Below are positions 29,303-42,913 of a DNA stretch of 64,000 bases, one piece after another. Positions within the stretch are counted from its first letter, which is position 1; each line of letters opens with the position of its first letter. Position numbers and translations under genes: made by a program. Source of the DNA: Antedon mediterranea (Eukaryota > Animalia > Echinodermata); NCBI RefSeq assembly GCF_964355755.1, contig NC_092672.1, forward strand, positions 8,308,001 through 8,372,000, in the 5' to 3' direction. The notes below the pieces were generated by a model. The model was not told the origin of the DNA and did not search any database. It was given only the letters and a program-made list of their open reading frames with translations.

Positions 29303-30634
29303 GTCAGAGTAGCCCTCGACACACCTCAGTTTCACTATGCATAGTGTAGTAGTAATATTATCCGGTGGTGCCTGAAAATAATAACAAATACGGTAAACAC
29401 AGAAAATAAATGACAACAAAACAACCTGTTGTTTATAGAATTCAAATATTTTATTTTGAAACATAAACACATGAATGCATCATAATCATATCCAGGTTTT
29501 ATAGGCAAAATATTCTAAATACACTGTATACATACAACTATTTAAAGAATACTTTTAAAACATCACATTTGTATTGCTTGTAATACTGTAGTTTGACAAA
29601 AAAAAGTGTGATATGCCCAAATATGGCAGTGATATGACATCATCATGTCCATATATGGGCACATCACATAAAATTTGATAGTGTAAACAGAGCTTAATCC
29701 AGAGTGTAATGTAAATGTGTGACGGTGAATACAAATTTAACAGACACACCCCTTCTCGACCTCTTGACAAATATGGTATAAAACCATGTACCGTATAACC
29801 CCCATAGAACACAACATTGGGCTAACTTCTGGGGGTGAGACTATACCCGAGAAAAACCGGGTTCAGGAAAAAAAGTAAGCATTTCTTTCTGGCTAGAGAG
29901 GCCTACAGCCAGACCAAGTCAATACTGGGACTATACCCGGGGATATGCCAGTTTGTGAAATAAGACTGGGATTATATCCGAAGATATACAGTAATATACA
30001 GTTTTGCAATTGAATTCAATAAAGGTGCAGCTTCGTATTTGAATAAATGCTTTAGTGCTGGGAAAAAATCGTTAATTATTTAAAATAGAAATCTTTCAAT
30101 TTGTGACATTCTAGGACGTTAAATTACGCATTTGTAGGATCGTGTTTCCGCAGCCAAAACTAAATTATTATCGGTTAATTTTTTAAGGAATCAGGTAATT
30201 AATTAAACAATAAAGTGCGGATGATCAGTAATTACCAAACAACCAGGTGCCCAATCACAACGAAACAATTTTTCCTTTAGGTAATATGTTAAAAAATATC
30301 GCATTCATCCAATAATTCATTAATTATAAATTTTTCTCAAATGGAATTGCTTAAACCCTGTTTATCGGTTAATTATCGGTTAATTTTTAGCTGCGGAAAC
30401 ACGGCCTAAGAAAAGGTTCCAATATGTCCATGATAAATCTAGAGTCAACCAAATTGTGTTGGACAACTTTACAAACATTGCTAAAAAAATTGACAGCTGC
30501 CTGGCCAGAAAAAAATACTTTTTCAAACACGATTCTGGTGCAAAATATAACTTATGTGATAAAAACAAATGGTATCTGATGCATCTTATTCAAGTATTAG
30601 TACACTGGTTACTGTAGATTCGTAAACTACAAAT

Positions 30635-33116
30635 CTATGTCATGTTGCCTTTTGCTGTTTGCATTGAAACACGATGACTTATATACCGCCCTCGATTTGC
30701 AGTAATATACAGCCCAATACAAACGCCTACCATCATAATCATTATAATAAAAAATGTGTACACTGTAACATTAACAAGAATCGGTTCGTCCATTTGCCTT
30801 AGGTGGAGCTCTGCTTGGTGGAGGCCTGGATTCAGTTCTAGCGCGTGACGAAAATGACTGGATGCTTCGCTGACGTTACCCATTGCCATATGTATTTCAC
30901 CGAGTGTGTAGTGTTGCAACCAAACGTTACGATCTGATCCTTTGCACGATTTCAGTTCTAACGACTGTTGCGCTATTGTATACGATGAATTCAGATAGTT
31001 AAGGTTGTAAAAGACACGTGCCAAGTTTAAAAGAATATCAGGATTCTGTGGGGAAACATATAGTGCTTTCCTAAAACATTCTATGGCAAATCTCGTATTT
31101 CCTTTTATTCTCCAAAAATTACCTACTTGGTTTAAAACTGAAAGAGAATCTGGATTCTGCAAAAAATAAAAACATTAACAAAAAGTGAGACTTTAATTGA
31201 TAGAGAATGAGAAAAATAAAAAAATAAGCTACATCAAATTGGTGGTCAAAAGTGGGAAATATATAACAATTTTACCATGGTTATGTGCTGTACTATGTTT
31301 GTCAAAAGTAAATGATTTAGTGTTTTTCTTTGTTCTTACACGTACAGTAATTTATAATTCATACAGCCAGCAATATCTTCTTATATCATGGAAGAGTGTG
31401 TAATAAATATATATATTCCCTACTTAATGTCATAAATAATTTATTGTTGTTAATCGGACCATCATATGTTAAAAGGCTGACTGTTTGTTGTTTTGCCGTT
31501 TTACCTACAATATAAACAAAATTTGATGCCAGGGTGGTTCCAAGTTTTCTTAAACAATGCGGGGCTAACATATACGGTAATATTTTTGTTCTTGTAATCT
31601 TTTTCTTTCATTTATCATATATATCATTGTTATTTTGCCAATATTGAAATTAATAATAAATGTTCTTGAAATGAAATATAAAAATAGATATTAAGGGCCC
31701 AGTTATTGTTATAACTGAATAAATGTGCATGAAGGAATGAATGAATGAAGTAGTTTGTAATTTCACCTGTGGATACTACAGTACATAGATTTTAGTTGAC
31801 GCAGGCATCCAATCTGAAGCCGATTTTCCTCTAGGCGAATTTGTTCACACGAATCAAAAGCGCCAGCTTATACGCATGCGTATTCATGTTTCTATCTTCC
31901 AAATCCATCTCTGCGCATGCGTATAACCTGACACTTTCGATTCATGCGAACAAATTCGCCTAGTTGAAAATAAGCTTTAGAAATGAAGCCTGTTTATAAC
32001 TTTGTTTGCAGTAACTAATGTATTGGAATCTCATTACAGTACTCTTAACTTGCTGACACCCTAAGCTTCTTAAAAACCTATCCTTGAACTATTATTACTA
32101 AAGTAGTTCCATAAAATAAACTAAATTCCAGAAAATAACTAACATTTGTGATTAATTCCCTCAAATTTTTTTCTAAAGTGTTAACATCAATTTCTTCTCC
32201 TTCGGTTTTTTTGAAAATCATAGCAACATCTGGCTCGGGACTCGCTACATGGCTATTACGTTTTACTATTCCATCCAGGTGATCAACTTCTGTCGTGTTA
32301 GTGTGCGGTGTGCAAAATAAAGGGTCATCAGGTTCCTGAAAAATTCTGAAAAATAGATCAATTTAACAACATTAAATTAAATAAAGGTAAAGGAAATGTG
32401 AAATGCTTGAGTAGAAGTAGAACGTTTTTTTTGTTATCATGTTTTACTTCAAAACAGGAAATATACTCTGAATTATATAAAACAATTATCTTTTCCTGTT
32501 GCAATAAGACACATATGGACGGGTTGAATATACATTACACTGTAAAACGGTACTAACTACTATATTACCTACTTATACTACAGTACTAGTAAGTAAGTAA
32601 TTTATATACACTTTAATTCTTATGGCAATCTGTTGGATTTAAAACTTATTTAATATAATTATTATTAAAGTTGGAGATACAAACAAAGTAGTTAAAACTA
32701 ATTTAATTAATAAATAAATAGTTAATTTATACACTATTATATTTTAGATAATATAATATTTAATAAAAAATTACACAAACAGGAATTTAATTTAGAACAT
32801 CTGAAATAAAAATAGAAAAGAAACGGCCAAAACAAAAGACACATTATTACTTATTGCGCTCGTGTGTCTCTTCACATGATACACATTCAGCCCGTTCAGT
32901 CGCCTCACCAAACCCATATTTCTGGGCCAAGATACTCAAAACGGGGTCCTCACTGTTTACGCTCATCGGGGCTTCGTCAGTCACAGGCTCGACAAGTGCC
33001 ACACCATCTCGATTTACTAATCTCCAGTGAGTCGCAGATCTTGTATTTGTTGATATTATTGAGGAAGAAAGAATATAAAGAGCTAAGTAAGTAACGCAAG
33101 GGAGATCACATCCCAT
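30635..33116 (-). CDS. TTC17-related TPR protein (~329 aa) with signal peptide and C-terminal TM; exons 33116-32851, 32345-32144, 31156-30635
   Basis: A signal peptide is followed by ATHW, as in the TTC17 N-terminus. Exon 2 encodes FCTPHTNTTEVDHLDGIVKR..PEPDVAMIF. Exon 3 encodes NFWRIKGNTRFAIECFRKALYVSP..ILLNLARVF..HYTLGEIHMAMG..ALELNP, matching the TTC17 module YWRVKG..AIDCLRQALHYAP..NHFTLGNVYVAM. Splice phases (2, 0) are consistent. Confidence 0.85.
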
Positions 33117-34045
33117 GGTTGATGTTTTTCACAACCTATTTTACACCATAAAACACTGTTTACAAAAAACAACAACTATACTCCAACGAATCAATACTTG
33201 AACTATGACCACTGACCTGGAGATAATTACATACCAGGTCATTTTCTATTTCCTTTTATGGATAGACTAGATTGTGAATAGATCTGAATTTATGACAGAA
33301 GAACAAATAAGGGAAACAATAGAAATGACCAGGCATTTTCCAAAATAATGTGGATTAATCGTTGGGGGACAATGAATGCAACGTTTAAATTAAAATTGGG
33401 GGAAATTACTTAGTCTAGTATTAGAATTTTATAAATTTAATTTTATACCTCCCGTGGTAATAATATTATACTGACTGTATGTAAGCTATCATTTCAATTA
33501 AAAAAACAACAAAAAACAAAAAATATGAAGAAAAAAAAGATTAGAATAAATAATCAAAAGAAAAAAAAATGCTTTATAAAAGAATTATATGGATAATAAT
33601 AAACGTTGGACATCGGAACTTGTATTTAATAAACAAATTTGTTTATTTTAATTTATTTTTGGCAGACATTTGGATTTACAGAAGGATTATACTTGTAAGG
33701 TATAAAGAAAAAAATAATAATTTAAAAGTTATTGTTTTGGTGTAAATGCGGGAGGTAAGTGAACACAAAAGTTGATACTGGTCCACGTTGGCTGTATCTG
33801 ATTGGCTTATGGAGATAAAGCGCCATTATACTCATGCGAAATATAGTTCATTTTATTTGTAAATGTACACTCATGAGTCATATTGTAATATTTTATTATA
33901 ATACAAAAAAAAATTCGAGTTGCAAAACAACTTTTTAAATTCTGTATTTTAAAAGAAAAACTCAATTAATATTCAGACCCAAATTACGGCCTCATTACAT
34001 TTGACATCATTAACAATATCCTTCCTCTGAAACTCTGGGTCAAGC
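33117..34045. promoter_or_regulatory. Probable bidirectional promoter region between the TTC17-like gene and DDOST
   Basis: The divergent ATGs are ~930 bp apart, and a reverse CCAAT box (CTGATTGGCT) lies at ~33798-33807. Confidence 0.55.
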
Positions 34046-37000
34046 ATGGCGGTGGGAGTATTTTTGGTGTTAGTCTCTGCTCTTGGGCTACTTTCCACTG
34101 TTCAAGGCAGTGGAAAAACTCTAATTTTGTTAGATTCTATGGCAATAAAGGAGTCTCATTCCATCTTCTTTAAATCGTTACAAGGTGGGTAATATTTACA
34201 ATCATTTTACCGTGTTTACGCTGAGGGCCGGTAGCCCTCTAACGAATCAACAACAATGCAACGTCACCAAACTTCAACCAGGGCCGGCGCGGCCCAGAAT
34301 GTGGTCCTTCCCCTTTTGAAGGATAACCTACACAGGCCGGCCTAGCCTAGCTAGTTCTATGAATTTAAATAGTGACTTAAGCTACAGTAAATACTATATA
34401 ATAAGCTTATACTAATACTTACGAGCTAGAATTTTTAACCTGTATTTTTCTTAATTTTTTCCAGCATTCTTTTTTATTGTTAAAATAAATCATATTCATG
34501 TGACTCTTCATGCTTCACCAGGCCCAGTCCTCATCCTGGCATATGGATATGGCCCAAGCCTGCTAATCTGAATAAAAACTAAAAATGAGGCTTCACCTAT
34601 GTATGAAAGATAACAATTTAAGAGAAAAAAATCAAATGCTGTTCTAAATTATAATTTAAATATGTGGTTAAATATTTTTCTTTCTATAATTTCAGATAGA
34701 GGTTATGAGCTGACTTTTAAAACTGCTGATGATTCTAATTTAAAACTCACCAGCTATGGAGAGTATCTTTATGAGCATCTTGTTCTATTTTGCCCTTCAG
34801 TTGAAGGTACAGTACACAGCATACAGACGAATTACTGCACCAAACTACACCGAACCCAATGAACCACACAGTGAACTATAGTAAACACATGGCTTTACTC
34901 ACCATCATCTTGTTCTAGAAGGGTGGTTGTTTAGATTTTGAGGTTCAAGGCCCGAACTCTTAATATAGGGTGATTGTCGTAAGCATGACTCCTTGTATGA
35001 TGCGGTTCATTGGGGTACGGTGTGTTTCATCATTGGGGTTTGATGTAGTTCATATAGCGTTTGACGTGATTGTGGACTGCTGTACATGAGAATTGAGATA
35101 GGCTATTTTAATTGTATTTGTTTTATTATAATAAATTTAGAATGATACTACCATTAACTTATTCTATTATAATATATCAATGGTATTCTGACATTTAATG
35201 CTGTTGACTTTTTTCTTATAGAATTTGGAGGCAGCATTGGAGAAGAATCAGTTTTAGATTTTATTGATGGCGGTGGAAATGTGTTAATCGCTGCTGGCTC
35301 AAGTATAGGTATAGGTTTTGTTACTATAACATGGAACTACTCTTAGATAGTGGGCCATTGCATTTTCATTAACATACCCATATATGGACACAATGACATA
35401 TCACTACCATGTTTGGGCACATCACACTTTTTTTTTGTAAAACTAGTTTGATACTGTAGACAGAGCTTTAGTATAAGGCTTTGTTTCCCACAATTTGTGC
35501 ACCATTTACAGTACCTTCCCTGCTTCAAAAATTCTGAAAACAGAAAACAATCACATTTGAAAACCATTACCACTATAAACATAATCAAAACTGTAGATCA
35601 ATTTTATTCACAATCACAATATTTGTTTTTAATATATTTATTATTTCTTAATCATCTCTGTACAGGTGAACCCATAAGGGAAATTGGAAGTAATTGTGGT
35701 GTTGAATTTGATGAAGAAAATACCGCTGTAATAGATCATCTAAACTTTGATGTGAAAGATGAGGGAATGGTAAGTGTCTTTGGTATCCTTTTTTGTGACT
35801 TAAATTATTAGGCAAGATTTGGACCCAAGACCCTGGGATTATGAGACAGTCATCAAGAACCACAAAGAGGTTGACTATATTCTACATACATTGACATTAA
35901 GTACCTGCGAGTGGCCGAGTAGTTAAGACAGTGGAACCATAATTCTGTAGCTATACCATTGGAAAGGGTTCAAGGCTCACTTGCTCCAAGGTTCTGGTGG
36001 TAGAACGAGTCTTCTTGGATAATGACTATAAACTGTAGGTCCTGTGTACACATCTAGCTCATGTGCACTTTAAAGAACTTAGTACATCTTTCAAAACAAG
36101 TAGGGAGTTACCCCAGTGTACTAGTACATCACAGCCACTGATCGTGACTGGGCCCTCTGGGAGACCAGTCTTTTACTAAAGAGGTCACCCGGTATAAATA
36201 AAATATTTAAATGTAAGTAAGCAATTGCAAAAAAAATATATATATGTAAAGCATTTCAATTCTAATCGTATATGTTTTTCTTTATATTTCTAGCACACAT
36301 TGATTGTAGCAGATCCAGCTAATATTATTGATTCTAAAATCATTGTAGGAGATAGGAAGTTAAATCCAATTTTATTTAAGGGTGTTGGGTAAGTAAACCA
36401 GTCACCAACAAATACTGTAGTTGTTGATTAAATTCCTTTCACGACTAATCTAGTGTTGAAGACAATATGCACAATTATAAACAAGGGTATATGGCTCTGT
36501 CTACACTATCAAACTTTATGTAACCATTGTACCCATATATGGACATGATGTTGTCATATCACTACTATATTTGAGTAAATCACACTAGTTTAATAGTGTA
36601 GGCATAGCTTTTTTTCTGTCACATAAAAGAGCTTTAGGATAAATAAGATTTCATGGCCATGGGAAATAGGTTACATTGCTGCCCATTTGTAATGTCTCGC
36701 ATTTATTTTTGGTGTTCTCGAGAAAAAAATATGAGATATGACCATGTGTAGTCCCATACCCATCAAGTATAAACCACTAATTTTTTTAGATGGTCTTTGG
36801 ATACTGTAAAACCTTGAAAAGAAGCCTACTGGGCTTCTGTTTAATGTTTTATTGTATCCAAGTATATTCCCATCACTTACTCCAAATGTTGTATCTTTTC
36901 TATCTCAGTTCGTACAATGCTTTGTTTATCTAAATTATTTCCCCTTTTTTATACCATGTTCAAGTACCCTTCATTGATATATATTCAAATGTAAAATTGT

Positions 37001-40000
37001 TTAATTTCTAGAATGACTGCTGACCCAGAGAATCCACTTGTTATGGATATTTTACACGGAACATCATCATCATACTCCCATAACCCCAACGATGATGTTA
37101 CCGAATATCCACATGCTGTCGGTAAGAACACTCAGTTCATCACAGCGCTGCAGGCACGTAACAATGCCCGTGTCATGTTTTCTGGTTCCTTGGATTTCTT
37201 CAGTGATGCCTACTTCCAGTCGGCTGTGCAAAAAGCACTTCAAGGCTCTCAGAAGTAAGTACATTGCACGTTAAAGAAGGCAGTACACTCTTAAGCTCTG
37301 TCCACACTATCAAACTTATGTGACAAAAGAAATGTGATGTTCCCATATATAGACATGATGACATATCACTACCATATTTGGGCACATCACAATTGCTTGT
37401 CAAACTAGTTTTATTGTATTGCTCAAGCTTTAGAAAAGAGTAGGAGATTGTCTTGTAGTGTACTGCAATTAAATTCACCACCAGGAGGACCCTACTGGAG
37501 ACAAGTCGAAGCTCTGTCTACACTATCAAACTAGTTTGACAAAACAATGTATGATGTGCCTAAAAATGGTAGTGATATGACAAATATTCTGCTTTAAAGT
37601 GTACTTCTACTTTCTTGAACTGTACTGTTTACTCTGATTCTGTTTTGTATTTTAGGTTTGCTAAATCTGGCAACCAAGATCTAGCATTTGCCCTATCTCA
37701 GTGGGTATTTAAAGAGAAGGGTGTTCTGCGTGTCACCGGTGTTACTCATCACATTGTGGGAGAAAAGACACCCCCAGCAGCCTACACAATTGAAGATCAA
37801 GTGGTAAGGATTATATTTGTATGCTTCTGTGTTTATTAGTGTAAATTATTTTATTTAAAATAGAAATAAGCTTTTGGGCTATCCTGGAAAATCTTTTATA
37901 ATGTATTTATTTGTAATGTAATGTCAGTAAATTATGTTATCACTTTGTATGTATTTTTATGATGAATTTCCTTATAAATTCATCATCCTATTAACATGAT
38001 GGTACTCATTTTGATGTACCTTGTTTAATAGTTATGCATGGTTTACTTTTAACTATCTAGCTCAGAGAGATCGGTAAATGATTTTCAAATTTTTTGAGAA
38101 GCTTTCTTATTTAGTAAATTAAAATAAAACATGGAACTCGCCTAACAAGTGAGCTCCACTGTTAAATTTGCCTTCACTGAATAAGAAACCTTTTCAACAA
38201 ATATTTTGCAAATGAGATACTAATATTCAAATATTGATTATCATATCATTTATTTTGGCAAATTTCAAATACAGTAAAACAGTAAATGAGGCAGAATCAT
38301 CTAAAATGTATAAATAACAAGGCCATATACATGGATGGCCCAGTTGCGTGTTCAAATTTGAGTTGTTTACCGACCGACCGACATAGTAAGCTAAAAATAA
38401 CCGTCGATGGCAACACAATTTTGTAATTTTACAGTCTTTATAATTAACTCACTAACCATCCTTAAAATAAACTGCTATATCATGAATCGCTAGTAATGGT
38501 CTTGTACAGGAGCTTGCAATAAGTGTAATGTGAATGATCTTGTTTTTATTTTAGGAATATGGTATCTCAATTGAGCAGCTTGTTTCTGGAAAGTGGAAAG
38601 CTTTTGATGCTAACGATGTACAACTTGAATTTGTCCGTATTGATCCATTCGTTCGCTCCAAGCTCAAAGGCAAAAGTATGTAATCAATGTTATATTCGTT
38701 TTTAGATTAAAATAAGTCACTGTAATAACAATTATTATGAAGGTATATCATGGTCATATCTCCTAGTTTCTTAGTCTATTGACACAATTCACAATTAAAA
38801 TAACAATAGGCACCAAAAGCGGGTGCTTGTAAAATTTACACACAGACCAGAGAACATTTAGGAACAAAGACACAAACAAATCTAAATAAAATATTTACAT
38901 AATCAAACACAACCCGTCCGCACCTCCGAAAGAGTGTCACCTTGTTGACACTCTCTTTCCAACACGATAAAATTTGGCCATCGAAAACTACCAGTGGTTG
39001 GTTGAACCTTTTATTTCTCTGAGTTTATTCACCCAGATTGCATTTTTTCAAGCCCAAACTAACACTACACAACTGAAGCTGTTTCAACAGCCCACCTGTA
39101 AAAGGAAGACTCTTGGATGTGCGATTGTTTGTTAGTATACACACATTTAGCCTGTTTATTGATTGTTAAATTGATTGTTATCCGTAGATGGACGATTTTC
39201 TTCAAAATTTAAACTTCCTGACGTTTATGGCGTGTTCCAGTTTAAAGTTGATTACAATAGAATTGGCTATACACATTTGTACAGTACTACACAGGTGAGA
39301 GTTTGTGAATAATTTATTCCTCATGTGTTTGAAAATGATTTGAATTTGAAAGGAGTCCATGTTGCCTTTTTGGTAAACAGGCTCATAACCAGAATTAATA
39401 ATAATATATCTTTATAGAAATTATTGCACATTCACATTATTACCCCGGTCATGTCAAACACGTTGGAAACATACTCCCATAATGCAGCTAGTAATCAGCA
39501 CAAACTTTTGTCTTGATTAAACCGGATACCCATTTATACACCTGGGTGGAGAGAGGCAACATAAGTGTCTTGCCTGATACAAGCAATGCAGGGGGTGTTG
39601 GATTCGAACTCACAATCAGTTATCCCACGTCCAACACACTGCACCACATGCCCTTAGAGTGTATATGTGACATTGTTGAATGCATGGGAGAGTCCTAAGA
39701 GTCAATACAATATGACTATGTCTGTAATGTTACTGTATATGAATTTAAAGGCAATCTAACAACAGGACACTCGAGCTCGCCTTGCCAAGATAGGAACTCA
39801 TAACAGTCCTTTGATCTTATGTCTGGCTGCGACATATACCAACAATACTATGTACATGTTTTCCACGTTGTTTGTTAAGGGGCATGGAACTGATCGTGTT
39901 GCAACCACAGATAAACCCTTTAGTCTCTCGAGCAAAGCATCCTGTTGTTAGATTTCTTCGGTTTCACTGAAAAGGATTTTTTTCACATGCTTTTAATTGG

Positions 40001-40246
40001 TATAAGACCTTTATAAATTTTCCACACACCTTCATAAATCCATGTTGTTGAAATATTTTTAGTACAATAACTTTTGTTTTGTTTTACTAGGTGTCTGTTC
40101 GACCATTTGAGCATACTCAGTTTGAGCGTTTTATCCCGTCAGCATACCCATACTATACTAGTGCATTTTCTATGATGGTTGGTCTATTCCTATTCAGCCT
40201 TGTATTTCTACACCACAAGGAAGAAACAAAAGACAAAAAGGAGTAG
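34046..40246 (+). CDS. DDOST: Oligosaccharyltransferase 48 kDa subunit (OST48/WBP1); exons 34046-34184, 34696-34806, 35222-35308, 35666-35769, 36294-36388, 37012-37254, 37656-37803, 38555-38675, 39188-39294, 40091-40246
   Basis: Signal peptide then [61 protein letters not shown]/..AVIDHLNFD/..[21 protein letters not shown]/..[11 protein letters not shown]/..[14 protein letters not shown]/..[44 protein letters not shown], a TM helix and a dilysine tail KDKKE-stop. Confidence 0.97.
35907..36205 (+). mobile_element. tRNA-derived SINE with Deu/Nin-type central domain
   Basis: A box TGGCCGAGTAGTTAAG and B box GGTTCAAGGC, then the core GACTATAAAC.GTAGGTCC..GCACTTTAAAGAAC..AGTAGGGAGTTACCCC.GTGTACTAG, resembling the DeuSINE core. 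A second copy lies at 54.5 kb. Confidence 0.8.
39395..39655 (-). mobile_element. tRNA-derived SINE with Meta-domain-like core
   Basis: The + strand reads TACCCATTTATACACCTGGGTGGAGAGAGGCA..AAGTGTCTTGCC..GGATTCGAACTC, the typical MetaSINE core plus B box in antisense orientation. Confidence 0.7.
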
Positions 40247-40664
40247 ATAGTTTTTTTTCTTTTACAAATGCATATTTTTTTTCTCAACTTTATTCTTCGT
40301 TTCTTTTTTTTTTTTGGAAGACAATTTCCTTTTTAATTTTATTCCTGTCTTTCTAACCACTTGAAATTTAAAATAAATTGCTTCGTAAATGTATTTAGTT
40401 CTGGACATTCTGTATTTAATCATGGAAGGAATCCATTAAAATGTTATACCAATCCCGTCAATGTTATTAATTCAGCCAGAAAAAAAAGTCCTACTTAAAT
40501 ATTTAAACTGGTGAAATTTTTATTAAAAAGTTCAATTTGTAAAACATGCTGTAATAAATTGTATAGTGTGAAAACACTAAATAAAAGAGATAGGGAACAA
40601 TTTGTTTCTTACAAGTAATTGTGTTTTATTGTGTCATGGTTATATTGTTTATGATGTAAGTAAG

Positions 40665-40895
40665 TGGAAGTGGGCTGGACAGTAGGAAAACAGACAATAG
40701 ATGGACTTTGCTAATGACATCATGGAGACCTATAGATGGGAGCAGAAATAGAGGAATACAAAGAGTGAGATGGCGAGATGAAATAGGGGGTATTGGGGAA
40801 CAGTGCAGTGGCAAGGAGCAGCTAGAGATCGTTCACTATGGCAGGAACATGCTGAGGCTTTCGTCCAACAGTGGACTGACGACGGCTAATGATAT
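40665..40895 (+). mobile_element. 3' end fragment of an RTE-clade LINE
   Basis: Translation WAG..RKTDNRWTLLMTSWRPIDGSRNRGIQRVRWRDEI matches the RTE ORF C-terminus (WAGHxxRxxDxRW..WxPxxGKRxRGRPxxRWxDxI). Confidence 0.8.
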
Positions 40896-41207
40896 ATTGT
40901 TTATGTCATCCAAGCCTGGTGTCCGCGGGAGTTCGAAGATTCAAATAAACCCACTTTAAGCGCCCTTATGTGCTTATCACGATTTTTGTCCCTTTAATGG
41001 AAAAAGATATAAGATAAACAAATAAGAGTGTATTGTACCTTATATTAAATCACCAATGTCTACTATCTGATGTGCGCGCTCTTTCCTGGCTCTTTCTCCA
41101 AGTCATGCAGATAATCATTCACTCGATACAAAATAAGCCTTACCAAATTTCCCTAGAAAGAATATTATTATCTATATAAACAGGACTGGATTAAAGATCT
41201 GTCTATA

Positions 41208-42913
41208 CGTATCCGGATATTCACCCCCTGGACATTTACCCCCCGGACAACTACCCCCCGGACAACCACCACCTGGACCACTACCCCCTTAGGACAACTA
41301 CCCCTTTAGGACAACTACCCCCCGGACAAATACCCCCCGGACAACTACCTCCTGGACAACTACCCCCCGGACAATTACCCCCTAGGAACAATTACCCCCC
41401 GGACAATTACCCCCCGGACAATTACCACCCAGAAAACTATCCCTTTAGAACACCCTAACCACCCAGACCATTCAACAACCTGACTCTGCAACAGTGTATA
41501 ATAGGAATTAATAACTATATTTTAATGACGAATTACTATTCATTATTGTAAACAAAAGTAAAAGATTGAACATAAATATAGCCTGGTATAAACTGAAGAT
41601 TGTCACACATGATCATAGGATAGTCGAACGTATTATATAGTACTCCCTGTATTTACTGTAAAGACTGGGTTCGCTAATAATAATAATAATTTTTGCGTCA
41701 GGACAATGCTTCGATAACCACTGGTCTTAAAAGAATTAATTTTTGTCTCAAATTTGTCATATATGTATTTTTGTACACTTGAAGAATAATATCACTTTTG
41801 ATATTTGACCTCAATGTTCACTCACCGAATAAACGTCGATCTTTAAATAAATTCCCCTCAAATAAACGGTGACCATGTCACTCCCATGAAACATCATATG
41901 GAATAATCGGCGTCTATTTCCATTAGATTATACCCCTCCCATTGAATAAACAACTTTCTTCCAATAAATGTCCACCTAAAAACCACCTAAACAATAAACA
42001 GCCCAGGCCGTTTTTTCAATAAATACGGTACTTTAAATCTAGCACATCTAGGGTCTAGCGTGCTGTTAAACAGAATAATCGGTTAAAAAGGGGTGTTTCG
42101 AAACTAGAGACCCGAGACCAGAGACCAGAGACCCGAGACCCAATACGAAAAGGGAGACCTAAATATACGAAAAGGGAGACCCACGTACGAAAAGGGAGAC
42201 CCCACTATACGAAAAGGGAGACCCCACTATACGAAAAGGGAGACCCCACTATACGAAAAGGGAGACCCTAATATACGAAAAGGGAGACCTAAATATACGA
42301 AAAGGGAGACCCAATTATACGAAAGGGAGACCCAAATATACAAAATGGGAAACCCAAATATACGAAAAGGGAGACCCACTATAAGAAAAGGGAGACCCAC
42401 TATAAGAAAAGGGAGACCCCACTATACGAAAAGAGAGACCACACTATACGAAAAGGGAGACCCTAATATACGAAAAGGGAGACCCAAATATAGGTCTCCC
42501 TTTTCGTATTGGGTCTCGTGTCAGGTCTCTGGTCTCGGGTCTCTAGTTTCGAAACACCCGTTAAAAACAGATGATTTCATTTTTACAGAAACCGGTCCTA
42601 TATATTTGTCTACTTTTGGATGGGGGGGGGGGTAGTTGACCGGGGGGTAGTTGACCGGGGGGTAGTTGACCGGGGGGTAGTTGACCGAGGGGTAGTTGAC
42701 CGGGGGGTAGTTATCCTAAGGGGGTAGTTGTCCTAAGGGGGTGGTTGTCCGGGGGGTAGTTGTCCGGGGGGTTGTTATCCTAAGGGGGTAGTTGTCCTAA
42801 GGGGGTAGTTGTCCGGGGGGTAGTTGTCCGGGGGGTAGTTGTCCTAAGGGGGTAGTTGTCCGGGTGGTAAACATCCGGGGGGTAACTGTCTAGGGGGTAG
42901 GTGTCCTAGAACC
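41208..42913. mobile_element. MULE-like non-autonomous element with long inverted arrays of a 15-bp GGACAACTACCCCCC unit; 9-bp TSD
   Basis: A C-rich array at ~41215-41450 is mirrored by a G-rich array at ~42620-42910. CTGTCTATA is duplicated at 41199-41207 and 42914-42922, and the insertion splits the TIR of a family-A MITE. Confidence 0.8.
42090..42559. mobile_element. Nested TIR element with internal 21-22-bp tandem array
   Basis: TIR GGGTGTTTCGAAACTAGAGACCCGAGACCAGAGACC and its reverse complement; GTTAAAAA on both flanks; internal repeats of TATACGAAAAGGGAGACCC. Confidence 0.85.

Noticed and set aside
29240-29470. Possible extra 3' exon of the TTC17-like gene (..FQ|APPDNITT)
   Set aside because: There is no clear donor before the stop at 30635, and the ORF runs into a MITE.
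42345-42635. 96-aa ORF with IRKGRPT repeats
   Set aside because: It is a translation of the internal 21-22-bp array of a nested TIR element.
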